NCBI GenBank assembly: GCA_049320885.1
Contig: JBMORA010000017.1
Location: 84,376-148,375, forward strand
Direction of reading: 5' to 3'
DNA: 64,000 bases
DNA from: Thermodesulfobacteriota bacterium
GTDB taxonomy: Bacteria; Desulfobacterota; Desulfobacteria; Desulfobacterales; SURF-7
The position numbers and the translations under genes are program-made. This document shows positions 49,261-57,312 of the stretch, piece by piece (position 1 is the stretch's first letter; each line of letters begins with the position of its first letter). Below the pieces are notes generated by a model. That model did no database searches, was not told the DNA's origin, and saw only the letters and a program-made list of their open reading frames with translations.

Positions 49261-49398
49261 GGTTTGGGAAGCCGGCGTCTCCTCCGTTTCCTCGATTTCG
49301 TCTCCTCCGGTGCCGACGATACACAGCAGCCCCAGGATGATGATTCCAAAAATTCCAAATGTCCGTAGCCAGTTGTGCAAGCCGTGGTGATGGTTCAT
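48151..49398 (-). CDS. Membrane-anchored/secreted protein with four Ig/PKD repeats
   Basis: N-terminal hydrophobic stretch (FGIFGIIILGLLCIVGTGG), acidic linker, four repeats of the same family as the downstream gene. Start may be 49413. Confidence 0.85.
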   Translation of the reverse strand: MNHHHGLHNWLRTFGIFGIIILGLLCIVGTGGDEIEETEETPASQTANNTLPTAAITAPANNATFTEGDLITFSGSGVDTEDGTLTGASLVWSSSRDGRMGIGTNIPNASLSTGTHVITLTVTDSQGGTGSATATITVNVQGNTIPVAAITSPASGSTFGQGQFITFSGTGTDTEDGLLQGNALIWSSQIDGQIGMGGSIIVNNLSSGSHTIRLAATDSAGTTGTDSVTITIGNTPPTAVINYPVDGATIHESESVTFSGTGSDPEDGVLSGNSLVWRSNKDGQIGIGISPTVSYLSSGAHTITLLVTDSDGATGTDTVALTVGNTAPTAAIQNPADGDTFSSGDLVIFNGTGTDEEDGNLYGGNLVWTSNRDNLIGTGTNFSVSSLSAGMHLITLTVTDGNGAVDSESITITIQ

Positions 49399-49435
49399 CC
49401 TGCTCTGCTCCATTCCATGATATCCATGCCGGTTA

Positions 49436-50104
49436 TCAATTATTGGACAAGGCGGCGCCGCCGATTCCGCCACCGCCGGCGCCGAGGGCCATGGCGCCCG
49501 CGGTGCCGCCGAGGGCCTCCATGGTGTAGGAACTGGTGCCCAGGGCCGCGCCTGCCCCGGACCCCGCCGCCGCGCCCAGACCTGCCCCGGCCAAAGCACC
49601 CAGGACGGCCCGGGAAGTGGGGGTTCCGTGGTAGAACTTGTACTCCCTGGGCGACATATAGACCTTCACCCGGGCCGAGGCGATTCCGTCCTCATGACTG
49701 ATGAAGGAGACCTGCGCTCCCCGCAGGTATGCATTGGTTTCGGTGATTACATGATCCACGGAGATGTTGTTGCGTCCGGCCGCGGTATACGCGTTCAAAA
49801 TGGTTCCGGCGATACGTTCCGACAGCTTGCGGTAACCGTCGATGACGGCGGCCCGCTCGGCCATGAGTTTTTTCTGCTGGGGAGAGCCGGTTTCCGGTTC
49901 GATGCCTTGCCCGATTACATCCACGGCGAATTTCTCGGAGGCCTCCTCCGGCTCCAGTCCCGGTACCAGCTGGTGCTGGCTGGTCAGGATCGGGTTTTCA
50001 TATTTCAGAATTTCATGGCCGGAGGTGCAGCCGATGACACCCGCAAGCAACAGAATGCCGATCATGCCGGAAACACGGCGGATGGTGGTAGCATATCGGG
50101 ACAT
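49436..50104 (-). CDS. LPP20/FlgP-like lipoprotein with a C-terminal glycine zipper
   Basis: Lipobox VIGC; LMAERAAVIDGYRKLSERI.G and YLRGAQV; GALAGAGLGAAAG tail; SD aggag. Confidence 0.75.
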   Translation of the reverse strand: MSRYATTIRRVSGMIGILLLAGVIGCTSGHEILKYENPILTSQHQLVPGLEPEEASEKFAVDVIGQGIEPETGSPQQKKLMAERAAVIDGYRKLSERIAGTILNAYTAAGRNNISVDHVITETNAYLRGAQVSFISHEDGIASARVKVYMSPREYKFYHGTPTSRAVLGALAGAGLGAAAGSGAGAALGTSSYTMEALGGTAGAMALGAGGGGIGGAALSNN

Positions 50105-50163
50105 ATGGTTCTCCTGAAATGAAATGGGGGCCGATGGCCGGAAAACAGCTTACCGAAATTCAC

Positions 50164-50179
50164 AGCAATAATTATGCCA
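50164..50179 (-). promoter_or_regulatory. Sigma54 (-24/-12) promoter for the lipoprotein/Ig-repeat operon
   Basis: Minus strand TGGCATA-ATTA-TTGCT with canonical GG-N10-GC spacing, 60 nt upstream of the ATG. Confidence 0.75.
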
Positions 50180-50445
50180 CCATATCCTGTTCCTAAGTAA
50201 CGTCCCGTCACATAAGCGATCGAGGGAAGCGCGGCCGCCAAGTCCCCGGCCGGAGATGCGGCAAGTTTTTCCGTATGGTCCGGTCTTGCGGCTGCCGTTG
50301 AACCGATTCGGCCATGTCATTATCTTGACGATTTTCCGTGCGGATTGACGGCCGGATGGTTCCGGGCGGGCCCAGGTGGTGGCGGTTTCGATTATAATAA
50401 TCAGAAATAATTATAAATATTTTGTATATCCGGCAGTCGGATTTT

Positions 50446-50461
50446 TGGCATGGAGATTGCT
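50446..50461 (+). promoter_or_regulatory. Sigma54 (-24/-12) promoter for the mot/fli/flh operon
   Basis: TGGCATG-GAGA-TTGCT with canonical spacing, preceded by a very AT-rich tract (50391-50430) where IHF sites usually lie. Confidence 0.8.
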
Positions 50462-50559
50462 GGGAATAGTCATGAATCGCAACGACACGGCAACAGAAAA
50501 CGAAACGGCAACGGTTTCCCACAGTTGACACCATCAATCCCGATTGTAAGAGAACCCGC

Positions 50560-51324
50560 ATGGATATTGCGACACTCCTCGGTATCGTTTCGGCCTTCGG
50601 TCTGGTATTCCTGGCCATTTTCATGGGGGGAGGACTTTCCCTGTTCATCGATGTGCCGTCCCTGCTGATTGTCATCGGCGGCACCCTGGGCGCCACCATG
50701 ATCCATTATCCCATCCAGGATGTCATCGGCGCGGCGCGGGTGGGCAAAAATGTTTTCCTCACCAGGACGGCTCCGCTCAACCAGATCATCCGGCAGTTTG
50801 TCGATTTCGCGAACAAGGCCAGGCGCGAGGGGATTCTGGTCCTGGACTCCGAGGCCGGAAAGATCGACGATGGTTTTCTGCGCAAGGGAATCCAATTATC
50901 GGTGGACGGTCTTGAACCAGCCGCCATCAAGGATATAATGGATACGGAGATCGATCTGCTGAGAGAGCGCCACCAATTGGGCGCGGAAATCTTTTCCACC
51001 ATGGGCGCCTTCGCTCCGGCCCTCGGCATGATCGGCACCCTCATCGGCCTGGTGCAGATGCTCCAATCCATGGATGATCCCAATTCCATCGGCCCGGCCA
51101 TGGCGGTGGCCCTCCTGACGACATTTTACGGCTCCATCCTGGCCAATCTGATCTGCCTACCGGTTGCCGGAAAGCTGCGGACGCGCAGCAAGGAAGAAAC
51201 CCTGACCAAGGAAATGATCATCCAGGGGATCATGGGACTGACCCGGGGGGACAATCCCCGGGTGCTGGAGCAGAAGCTGATGGTGTTTATCGCCCCCAAG
51301 GAGCGTGACAGCCATTTTGACTGA
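50560..51324 (+). CDS. motA: Flagellar stator A subunit (MotA/PomA type)
   Basis: MDIATLLG; ARREGIL; APALGMIGTLIGLVQML...DDP..IGPAMAVALLTTFYG. Confidence 0.95.
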   Translation: MDIATLLGIVSAFGLVFLAIFMGGGLSLFIDVPSLLIVIGGTLGATMIHYPIQDVIGAARVGKNVFLTRTAPLNQIIRQFVDFANKARREGILVLDSEAGKIDDGFLRKGIQLSVDGLEPAAIKDIMDTEIDLLRERHQLGAEIFSTMGAFAPALGMIGTLIGLVQMLQSMDDPNSIGPAMAVALLTTFYGSILANLICLPVAGKLRTRSKEETLTKEMIIQGIMGLTRGDNPRVLEQKLMVFIAPKERDSHFD

Positions 51325-51350
51325 CCGGATAACGGAAAAAACAGCGACCG

Positions 51351-52109
51351 ATGAAGACGAAACAGGGACGGCCAACCGCGGGGAAAGGAGAGCACGGGAG
51401 TTTTCTGCTTCACATGATGACCATCTCGCTCTTTGTCATTCTGTTGGCCTTTTTTATTCTGCTGAACGCCATCGCGGTGGTGGATGAACGCAGGGTCGCC
51501 GTGGCTGTCGGATCTCTGCTGGGGAGTTTCAGGGGGGATTCCGGTGAATACGTCGCCATCGACGGCATGGGAGGCGCACCCCGCTTGGTCACCATTCAAA
51601 CCGAATCGGGAATAATGGATTTTTCCGGTCTGTTTGTCCAGGCGGACAAATGGACCCAGGAAATCAGCATCCGGAAGGATTTCCGGGGGACGGTGATCAG
51701 CATCCCGACGGCTGACCTGTTCGAACCCCATGAAACCCGCCTGAAGAATTCCGGCCAGATGTTGCTGGGCAGACTGTGCCGGATTTTACGGGAGAACGAC
51801 TATCCCATCGAGATCATGGGGCACACGGACGATCTGGCCTCCGCGGAGGGCCGGAGGATCACCAACCGGGAGTTGTCGGCGCTTCAGGCGGTGGATGTCC
51901 TTCGGTATTGCATACAGGCGGGGGGCGTGTCCCCCCAGCGTCTGCTGGCCTATGGATGGGGTTCCCGGCGGCCCCTGTATCCCCACGCGACCGGGGAAGC
52001 CCGCGGGATGAATCGAAGGCTTGACATCCTGGTGGTCCACCCGCGGCTCCGGGAAAAACCGAAAAGCGGATTCACGTTCAAACGCTTTTTCTTTCGGTCT
52101 TTTGAATAG
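51351..52109 (+). CDS. motB: MotB-like stator B subunit paralog 1 (lacks the conserved TM Asp)
   Basis: TM SLFVILLAFFILL; plug-like AVGSLLGSF; OmpA-like GHTDD, NRELSA..A, NRRLDI. Confidence 0.75.
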   Translation: MKTKQGRPTAGKGEHGSFLLHMMTISLFVILLAFFILLNAIAVVDERRVAVAVGSLLGSFRGDSGEYVAIDGMGGAPRLVTIQTESGIMDFSGLFVQADKWTQEISIRKDFRGTVISIPTADLFEPHETRLKNSGQMLLGRLCRILRENDYPIEIMGHTDDLASAEGRRITNRELSALQAVDVLRYCIQAGGVSPQRLLAYGWGSRRPLYPHATGEARGMNRRLDILVVHPRLREKPKSGFTFKRFFFRSFE

Positions 52110-52165
52110 TCTTTGGCTCCGGAGAAAGGAAACCTTCATGAAAACAAGGGTGGAGCGATCGAATC

Positions 52166-52963
52166 ATGGCGAGTAGACGGAGAGATCCATCCGGAAAGCC
52201 GCGCAGTGTCTTTCCCGATACCTGGATGGTCACCTTCGGCGATCTGATCATGCTGATGTTGACGTTTTTCGTGATGCTGATGACCATGAAATCCATGGAC
52301 AACGAAACAGCCAGAAAACTACTGACGGACCTGGCGGCCCGTTCGGGCCCTCCCGGAATCCAGAAACCCGGGACCGGAAGGGCAGCGGATACCGGGTTCG
52401 GCCAGGAAGGTCGACCGGTATTCATCGAAGACGGGGAGGGCCTTAGGGCTGTGGCCAGAATGCTGGAAGGCATCCAGACCCGAACGGCGGAACAGGAACA
52501 GGTAAGGGATTTGATGAAAAAAATCGATGTCGCCGAGGACGACCGTGGGGTGGTGATCACCCTGGAATCCGATGAATTGTTTGCATCGGGGGGAGCCGAC
52601 ATCCGTCCGGACCGGATGACGCTCCTGGACGCCATGGGAAAAATTATCCGCAAAGCGGCCAATGACATTGTTATCGTCGGGCATACCGACGCCATGCCCA
52701 TCCAGAGCGACAACATCCGCTCCAATTGGGAGCTGTCGGTTTTCCGGGCCGTGAATGTCTATTACTATCTCACGGATCATGCGGGCGTGCCCGGGAACCG
52801 GCTGGCCCCGGGCGGACTCGGCGATCAGATGCCGCGGTTTGCCAATGACAGCCCGGAAAACATGGCGAAAAACAGACGGATTGAATTCGTGCTGAAACAA
52901 ACCGAAATCATGGAGACGGATGCCGGTTACGGTGGAAAAACCGCGTCCGAGGAGGAAAGATGA
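52166..52963 (+). CDS. motB: MotB/PomB stator B subunit paralog 2 (canonical)
   Basis: WMVTFGDLIMLMLTFFV; GHTD; SNWELSVFRA; NRRIEF. Confidence 0.92.
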   Translation: MASRRRDPSGKPRSVFPDTWMVTFGDLIMLMLTFFVMLMTMKSMDNETARKLLTDLAARSGPPGIQKPGTGRAADTGFGQEGRPVFIEDGEGLRAVARMLEGIQTRTAEQEQVRDLMKKIDVAEDDRGVVITLESDELFASGGADIRPDRMTLLDAMGKIIRKAANDIVIVGHTDAMPIQSDNIRSNWELSVFRAVNVYYYLTDHAGVPGNRLAPGGLGDQMPRFANDSPENMAKNRRIEFVLKQTEIMETDAGYGGKTASEEER

Positions 52964-53523
52964 GTGCGGAAGAAGTCGCGGCGGAAGAAGGCTCCAAGGA
53001 AGCATCGCCGGTAACGTCAAAGCGGAAATGGATCATCATCGGTGCGGTGGGACTGCTGCTGCTTCTGATTATCGGCGGTGTCGCCAGCTGGCTGCTGATC
53101 AAAAAAGGGGGGGATGAGAAGACAGGGCACCCCGCGCCTGCTCCGGAATACAAACCTGTTCCCGCGTCCGGGCCGGCGCCGGCGTCCAAGGCGGAATCGG
53201 TCCCCGGTTTCGGCAACATCCTGGCTCTGGAACCGTTTGTGGTCAATCTGGCGGATCCGGGCGGAAAACGCCTGCTGCGGATCAGGATCGAAATGGAACT
53301 GGCGGGCGGAATGCCCCAGGATGAATTCGCGGTGAAGGTCCCCCGGTTGCGGGACATGATCCTGTTGCTGCTGAGTGAAAAGACCATGGAGAACATCCAG
53401 AAAATGGAAGGCAAAATCGCGTTGCGGAATGAATTGATCACGCGCATCAATCAAATCCTGACCACCGTCAAGATCCGCAACCTTTATTTTACGGAATTCG
53501 TCATCCAGCAAAGTGAGCCATGA
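52960..53523 (+). CDS. fliL: Flagellar basal-body protein FliL
   Basis: Single TM; LEPFVVNLAD; PRLRD; LYFTEFVIQ. Confidence 0.93.
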   Translation: MSAEEVAAEEGSKEASPVTSKRKWIIIGAVGLLLLLIIGGVASWLLIKKGGDEKTGHPAPAPEYKPVPASGPAPASKAESVPGFGNILALEPFVVNLADPGGKRLLRIRIEMELAGGMPQDEFAVKVPRLRDMILLLLSEKTMENIQKMEGKIALRNELITRINQILTTVKIRNLYFTEFVIQQSEP

Positions 53524-54497
53524 GCGAAATTTTATCCCAGGAAGAAGTTGACAGTCTGTTAAGCGGGTTGTCGGCAGGCAAGGTTGAAACCGAAACGGAC
53601 AAGCCGGTGGAAGCGGGGGAATTGCGCCGTTTTGATTTCGCCAATCAGGACCGGGTCATCCGCGGACGCATGCCGACCTTTGAAGTCATCAACGAACGTT
53701 TCGCCCGCGAGGTCCGCACCAGCCTTTCCAACCTGCTGCACACCACCGTCGATATCAGCGCCGAGGCCCTGGACACCATGAAATTTTCGGAGTTCGGCAG
53801 ATCCCTTCCGGTGCCCACCAGCCTGCATGTGTTCCGCATGGATCCGTTCAGGGGCCATGCGTTGCTGGTGCTGGAAAGTCAGCTGGTGTTCAACCTGATC
53901 GACACGTTTTTCGGCGGCAAGGGGACGGCGCCGGCGAAAATTGAAGGCCGCGAATATACCGCCATCGAGGAAACCATGATCAACAAGGTGGTCATGGCCT
54001 GCCTGAAGGATCTCCAGACGGCCTGGGCCCCGGTGGAACCCATTACGACGGTTCTGGTGCGCTCGGAAGTGAATCCCCAATTCGCCGCCATCGTGATGCC
54101 CACGGACCTGGTCATCGTGACGAAATTCGAAATCGAGCTGGAGCAATCCGCCGGGACCCTGATCGTCTGCCTGCCCTATGCCATGCTGGAGCCCCTGCGC
54201 AGCAAGCTGGCGGCTGGTTTTCAGGCGGAAATCCTGGATATCGACTATGTCTGGCAGAAACGCTTGAAGGAAATCATTCTCAGCTCCACCGTCCGATTCG
54301 AGGTCTTGCTGGGGAAGGTGAAAATCAGCGGTGAACGCTTGATCCAGATGAAAACCGGGGATGTGATTCAACTCGATCAGGATGCCGAGGACAGCTTGGT
54401 GGGGCTGGTGGAAGGCGTCCCCAAACTGATGGGCTACGCCGGGATTCAAAGAGGATTTCAAGCGTTTCAGGTAGCCGAGAAAAAACGATTGGAGTGA
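53520..54497 (+). CDS. fliM: Flagellar motor switch protein FliM
   Basis: MSEILSQEEVDSLL; GRMPTFEVINERFAR; EVNPQF; PY.MLEP. Confidence 0.96.
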   Translation: MSEILSQEEVDSLLSGLSAGKVETETDKPVEAGELRRFDFANQDRVIRGRMPTFEVINERFAREVRTSLSNLLHTTVDISAEALDTMKFSEFGRSLPVPTSLHVFRMDPFRGHALLVLESQLVFNLIDTFFGGKGTAPAKIEGREYTAIEETMINKVVMACLKDLQTAWAPVEPITTVLVRSEVNPQFAAIVMPTDLVIVTKFEIELEQSAGTLIVCLPYAMLEPLRSKLAAGFQAEILDIDYVWQKRLKEIILSSTVRFEVLLGKVKISGERLIQMKTGDVIQLDQDAEDSLVGLVEGVPKLMGYAGIQRGFQAFQVAEKKRLE

Positions 54498-54502
54498 ATG
54501 CG

Positions 54503-54826
54503 ATGGACAATGGAAGCAACAAGGAAAAAAAGCAGGCCGCCCCTCCCGCGGTCGCGGCCGAACATGCGGATTTGGATTTTATCCTGGATATCCCGCTGGA
54601 ATTATCCGTGGAGCTCGGCAAGGCGCGCATGCTGGTGAACGATCTGCTGCAGCTCGGTCAGGGTTCGGTGGTGGAACTGAACAAGCTGGCCGGCGAGCCC
54701 CTGGAAATTTTCATCAACCGCAAACTGGTGGCCCGGGGCGAAGTGGTGGTGGTGAATGACAAGTTCGGGGTGCGGCTCACGGACATCATCAGCCCGCTGG
54801 AGCGGGTGCGGAACTTGGGGGCTTGA
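54503..54826 (+). CDS. fliN: Flagellar motor switch protein FliN
   Basis: LDIPLELSVELG...GSVVELNKLAGEP...ARGEVVVVNDKFGVR; ATG at 54503 after ggag. Confidence 0.96.
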   Translation: MDNGSNKEKKQAAPPAVAAEHADLDFILDIPLELSVELGKARMLVNDLLQLGQGSVVELNKLAGEPLEIFINRKLVARGEVVVVNDKFGVRLTDIISPLERVRNLGA

Positions 54827-54830
54827 GACG

Positions 54831-54872
54831 CAATTACGAATTACGAATCGGGAATTACGAATGGTGGATGGG
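54831..54872 (+). repeat. AATTACG heptamer array, copy 1 (fliN-fliO junction)
   Basis: c-aattacg-aattacg-aatcggg-aattacg-aatggtg-gatggg. Confidence 0.9.
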
Positions 54873-54946
54873 ACTCAATTCATCTTACGGAGCGGCTGCC
54901 GGATCAACCGGACCAGGAGACAATCGGGCGGAGGGAGCGGAAAATC

Positions 54947-55252
54947 ATGAACACGGTGGCCTCAGAAGGCGCCGGGGCGATGGCGCCGGATTTATGGATG
55001 ACGCTGCTGAACAGTTTCGCCGTTCTGTGCATCGTGCTGGGTCTGGTGGTGGCGGTGCTGTTCTTCCTGCGGCGGTTCGTATTAGGGCAGGGGCGATCCG
55101 GGGAACAGGGCGTCCTGAAACTGGTGGCGACTTATCCCGTGGGACCCAAGGAGCGGATCCTGCTCATGGACGTCATGGGGGAACGGATTCTCATCGGAGT
55201 GACGCCGCAACAGATCAACCATATCAAGACAATTACGAATTACGAATTGTGA
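54947..55252 (+). CDS. fliO: Flagellar export chaperone FliO
   Basis: One TM then LRRF; VGPKERI.L.DV..E.ILIGVT...I; position between fliN and fliP. Confidence 0.85.
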   Translation: MNTVASEGAGAMAPDLWMTLLNSFAVLCIVLGLVVAVLFFLRRFVLGQGRSGEQGVLKLVATYPVGPKERILLMDVMGERILIGVTPQQINHIKTITNYEL

Positions 55253-55271
55253 ATTACGAATGGCGGATCGG
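55230..55271 (+). repeat. AATTACG heptamer array, copy 2 (fliO 3' end)
   Basis: c-aattacg-aattacg-aattgtg-aattacg-aatggcg-gatcgg; 38/42 identical to copy 1. Confidence 0.9.
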
Positions 55272-55337
55272 TGAAGCGAGGCTGAATCCGGCATGCGAAA
55301 CGGCATCGGGAGTGTTATGAGGAGGGATTGTAAAAAA

Positions 55338-56114
55338 ATGTCGGACCGGAGCCTTCGGGGCCGCTTGTGGATGGCGCTTTTTCTGTTGGTCTGGCTGATG
55401 CCCATCTGCGCCGATGCGGCCACGATTCCGGTTCCTTCCATCAATATCGGGGTGGGGAAAAGCGACAATCCGGACGACGTGGCGGTGGTCCTGGAAATCA
55501 TCGCCCTGCTGACGGTGCTCACGCTGGCGCCGGCGATTTTCATCCTGATGACCTCCTTCACCCGGTTGATCATCGTTTTTTCTTTCCTGCGCCAGGCCAT
55601 CGGCACGCAGCAGAGCCCCCCCAACCAGGTGTTGGTGGGCCTGGCCTTGTTCATGACGTTTTTCATCATGACGCCGGTGTGGAACAATATCTACCAGGAG
55701 GCCCTCCGGCCGTATCTGGATAAAACCCTGGGGCCCGAGGAAGCCTTTGAAAAAGCCCAAAAACCCCTCCGGGAGTTCATGCTGAAAAACACGCGGGAAA
55801 AGGATCTGGCCCTGTTCGTCAAAAGCACGAAGGGAGAACGGCCCAGAACCCGGGAGGATGTATCCCTGATCGTGCTGACCCCCGCCTTCGTCATCAGTGA
55901 ACTCAAAACCGCTTTCATCGTCGGTTTCGTGCTCTATGTGCCGTTTCTGATCATCGACATGGTGGTGGCGAGCGTGCTGCTGTCCATGGGCATGATGATG
56001 CTGCCGCCGGTGATGATCGCCCTGCCGTTCAAGTTGATGCTGTTCGTCCTGGTGGATGGCTGGCATCTGCTGGTTGGTTCCATGATCAACAGCTTCGGAG
56101 GCAAGATCATATGA
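55338..56114 (+). CDS. fliP: Flagellar export gate protein FliP
   Basis: LTVLTLAP; TSFTR; PPNQVL; PAFVISELKTAF; MMMLPP...LPFKL.LFVLVDGW; ATG at 55338 after aggagg. Confidence 0.96.
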   Translation: MSDRSLRGRLWMALFLLVWLMPICADAATIPVPSINIGVGKSDNPDDVAVVLEIIALLTVLTLAPAIFILMTSFTRLIIVFSFLRQAIGTQQSPPNQVLVGLALFMTFFIMTPVWNNIYQEALRPYLDKTLGPEEAFEKAQKPLREFMLKNTREKDLALFVKSTKGERPRTREDVSLIVLTPAFVISELKTAFIVGFVLYVPFLIIDMVVASVLLSMGMMMLPPVMIALPFKLMLFVLVDGWHLLVGSMINSFGGKII

Positions 56115-56380
56115 CTCCTGAATTCGTCGTCAACATGGCAAAGGAGGCCATTATCCTGACCATTCTGGTGTCCACGCCGATGTTGGGGCTGGGACTGATC
56201 GTCGGTCTCAGTGTCAGTGTTTTCCAGGCGGTCACCTCCATACAGGAAATGACCCTGAGCTTCATCCCCAAAATCCTGGCGGTGATGTTCGGACTGCTGT
56301 TTTTCGCTCCCTGGATGCTGGAAAAGCTGACCGCCTACACCTTCAAGCTGATCTCCGGCATCCCCTTGTATATTCACTGA
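56111..56380 (+). CDS. fliQ: Flagellar export gate protein FliQ
   Basis: FQAVTSIQEMTLSFIPK. Confidence 0.96.
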   Translation: MTPEFVVNMAKEAIILTILVSTPMLGLGLIVGLSVSVFQAVTSIQEMTLSFIPKILAVMFGLLFFAPWMLEKLTAYTFKLISGIPLYIH

Positions 56381-56397
56381 AAGGGGACTGTCGGCCC

Positions 56398-57186
56398 ATG
56401 ATGACGTTTCTCGGGTATCCGCCGGAAAGTCTTCAATTGTTCTTCCTGGTGTTTATTCGAATCAGCGTGCTGCTGTTTCTGTTTCCGGTCTTCGGCAGCC
56501 CGGTTTTCCCGGAGTTGGCCAAGGCCGGACTCGCCTTGATCCTTTCCCTGGCGCTATTCCCCATGGTTCCCGCCGGCCTTTCCATTTTCCCCGGGAGCCT
56601 GGTGGGGACGGTCGTCCTGATGGCCTCGGAATTGATCATCGGCCTGATCCTGGGGCTGATGATCCGGATGTTTTTTGCCGCCGTGCAACTGGCCGGGCAA
56701 CTCATCAGTTTTCAGATGGGGTTCGCCGTCATCAATGTTCTGGATCCCCAGACCGGCTCCCAGGTCTCCATCCTGGATCAGTTCGCTTATTGGGTGGTGC
56801 TGATCGTGTTCCTCCTGATGAATGGCCATCATTTCATGATCGGGGCGCTGGTGGAAAGCTTTCAGGTTCTCGGCGTCGGGATGCTGACACTGAAGGAAGG
56901 GCTTTACCGGCAGGTCCTCCAGCAGTCGGTGGACATGTTCGTGCTGGCGGTGAAAATCGGGGCTCCGGGAATTGTCGCGCTGCTGTTCGTCAGCGCGGCC
57001 TTCGGTCTGTGCGCCAAATTCGCGCCGCAGATGAACATCCTGATTGCGGCCTTCCCGGTGCAGATCGTCGTGGGGCTGTTTTTTTTCGGCGCGGCCCTTG
57101 ACATCATCGTGACCGTCACGCGGACCTTCGTCCGCCAACTGCCCCAACTGCTGATTTCGCTGCTTCATCTGATGAGCGCCGGATAG
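56398..57186 (+). CDS. fliR: Flagellar export gate protein FliR
   Basis: AGQLISFQMGF...DP; NGHH; APQMNI. Confidence 0.95.
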   Translation: MMTFLGYPPESLQLFFLVFIRISVLLFLFPVFGSPVFPELAKAGLALILSLALFPMVPAGLSIFPGSLVGTVVLMASELIIGLILGLMIRMFFAAVQLAGQLISFQMGFAVINVLDPQTGSQVSILDQFAYWVVLIVFLLMNGHHFMIGALVESFQVLGVGMLTLKEGLYRQVLQQSVDMFVLAVKIGAPGIVALLFVSAAFGLCAKFAPQMNILIAAFPVQIVVGLFFFGAALDIIVTVTRTFVRQLPQLLISLLHLMSAG

Positions 57187-57312
57187 TATGGCGCGAGCCT
57201 TGCATTACACCTTCCTCAAGAATCCAGTCTTCATCGATATATCCGCAGACGGCTGACCTTTCCAGCCTCCGGTGCGATCCGGTTGGCCGGAACGGTTTGG
57301 CGGAGGTCACCT

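Noticed and set aside
50462..50559. motA leader examined as a c-di-GMP riboswitch
   Set aside because: Lacks the GGCAAAC...GAAA...GACGCAAAG pattern of class I; no convincing structure by eye. An Infernal scan would settle it.
54831..55271. 42-bp direct repeats considered as a CRISPR array
   Set aside because: Only two full copies separated by ~360 bp containing fliO; internal 7-bp periodicity; no cas genes.
54823..55320. 165-aa ORF spanning both heptamer arrays
   Set aside because: Overlaps fliO in another frame; the repeated NYELRI..YEW is just the translated DNA repeat.
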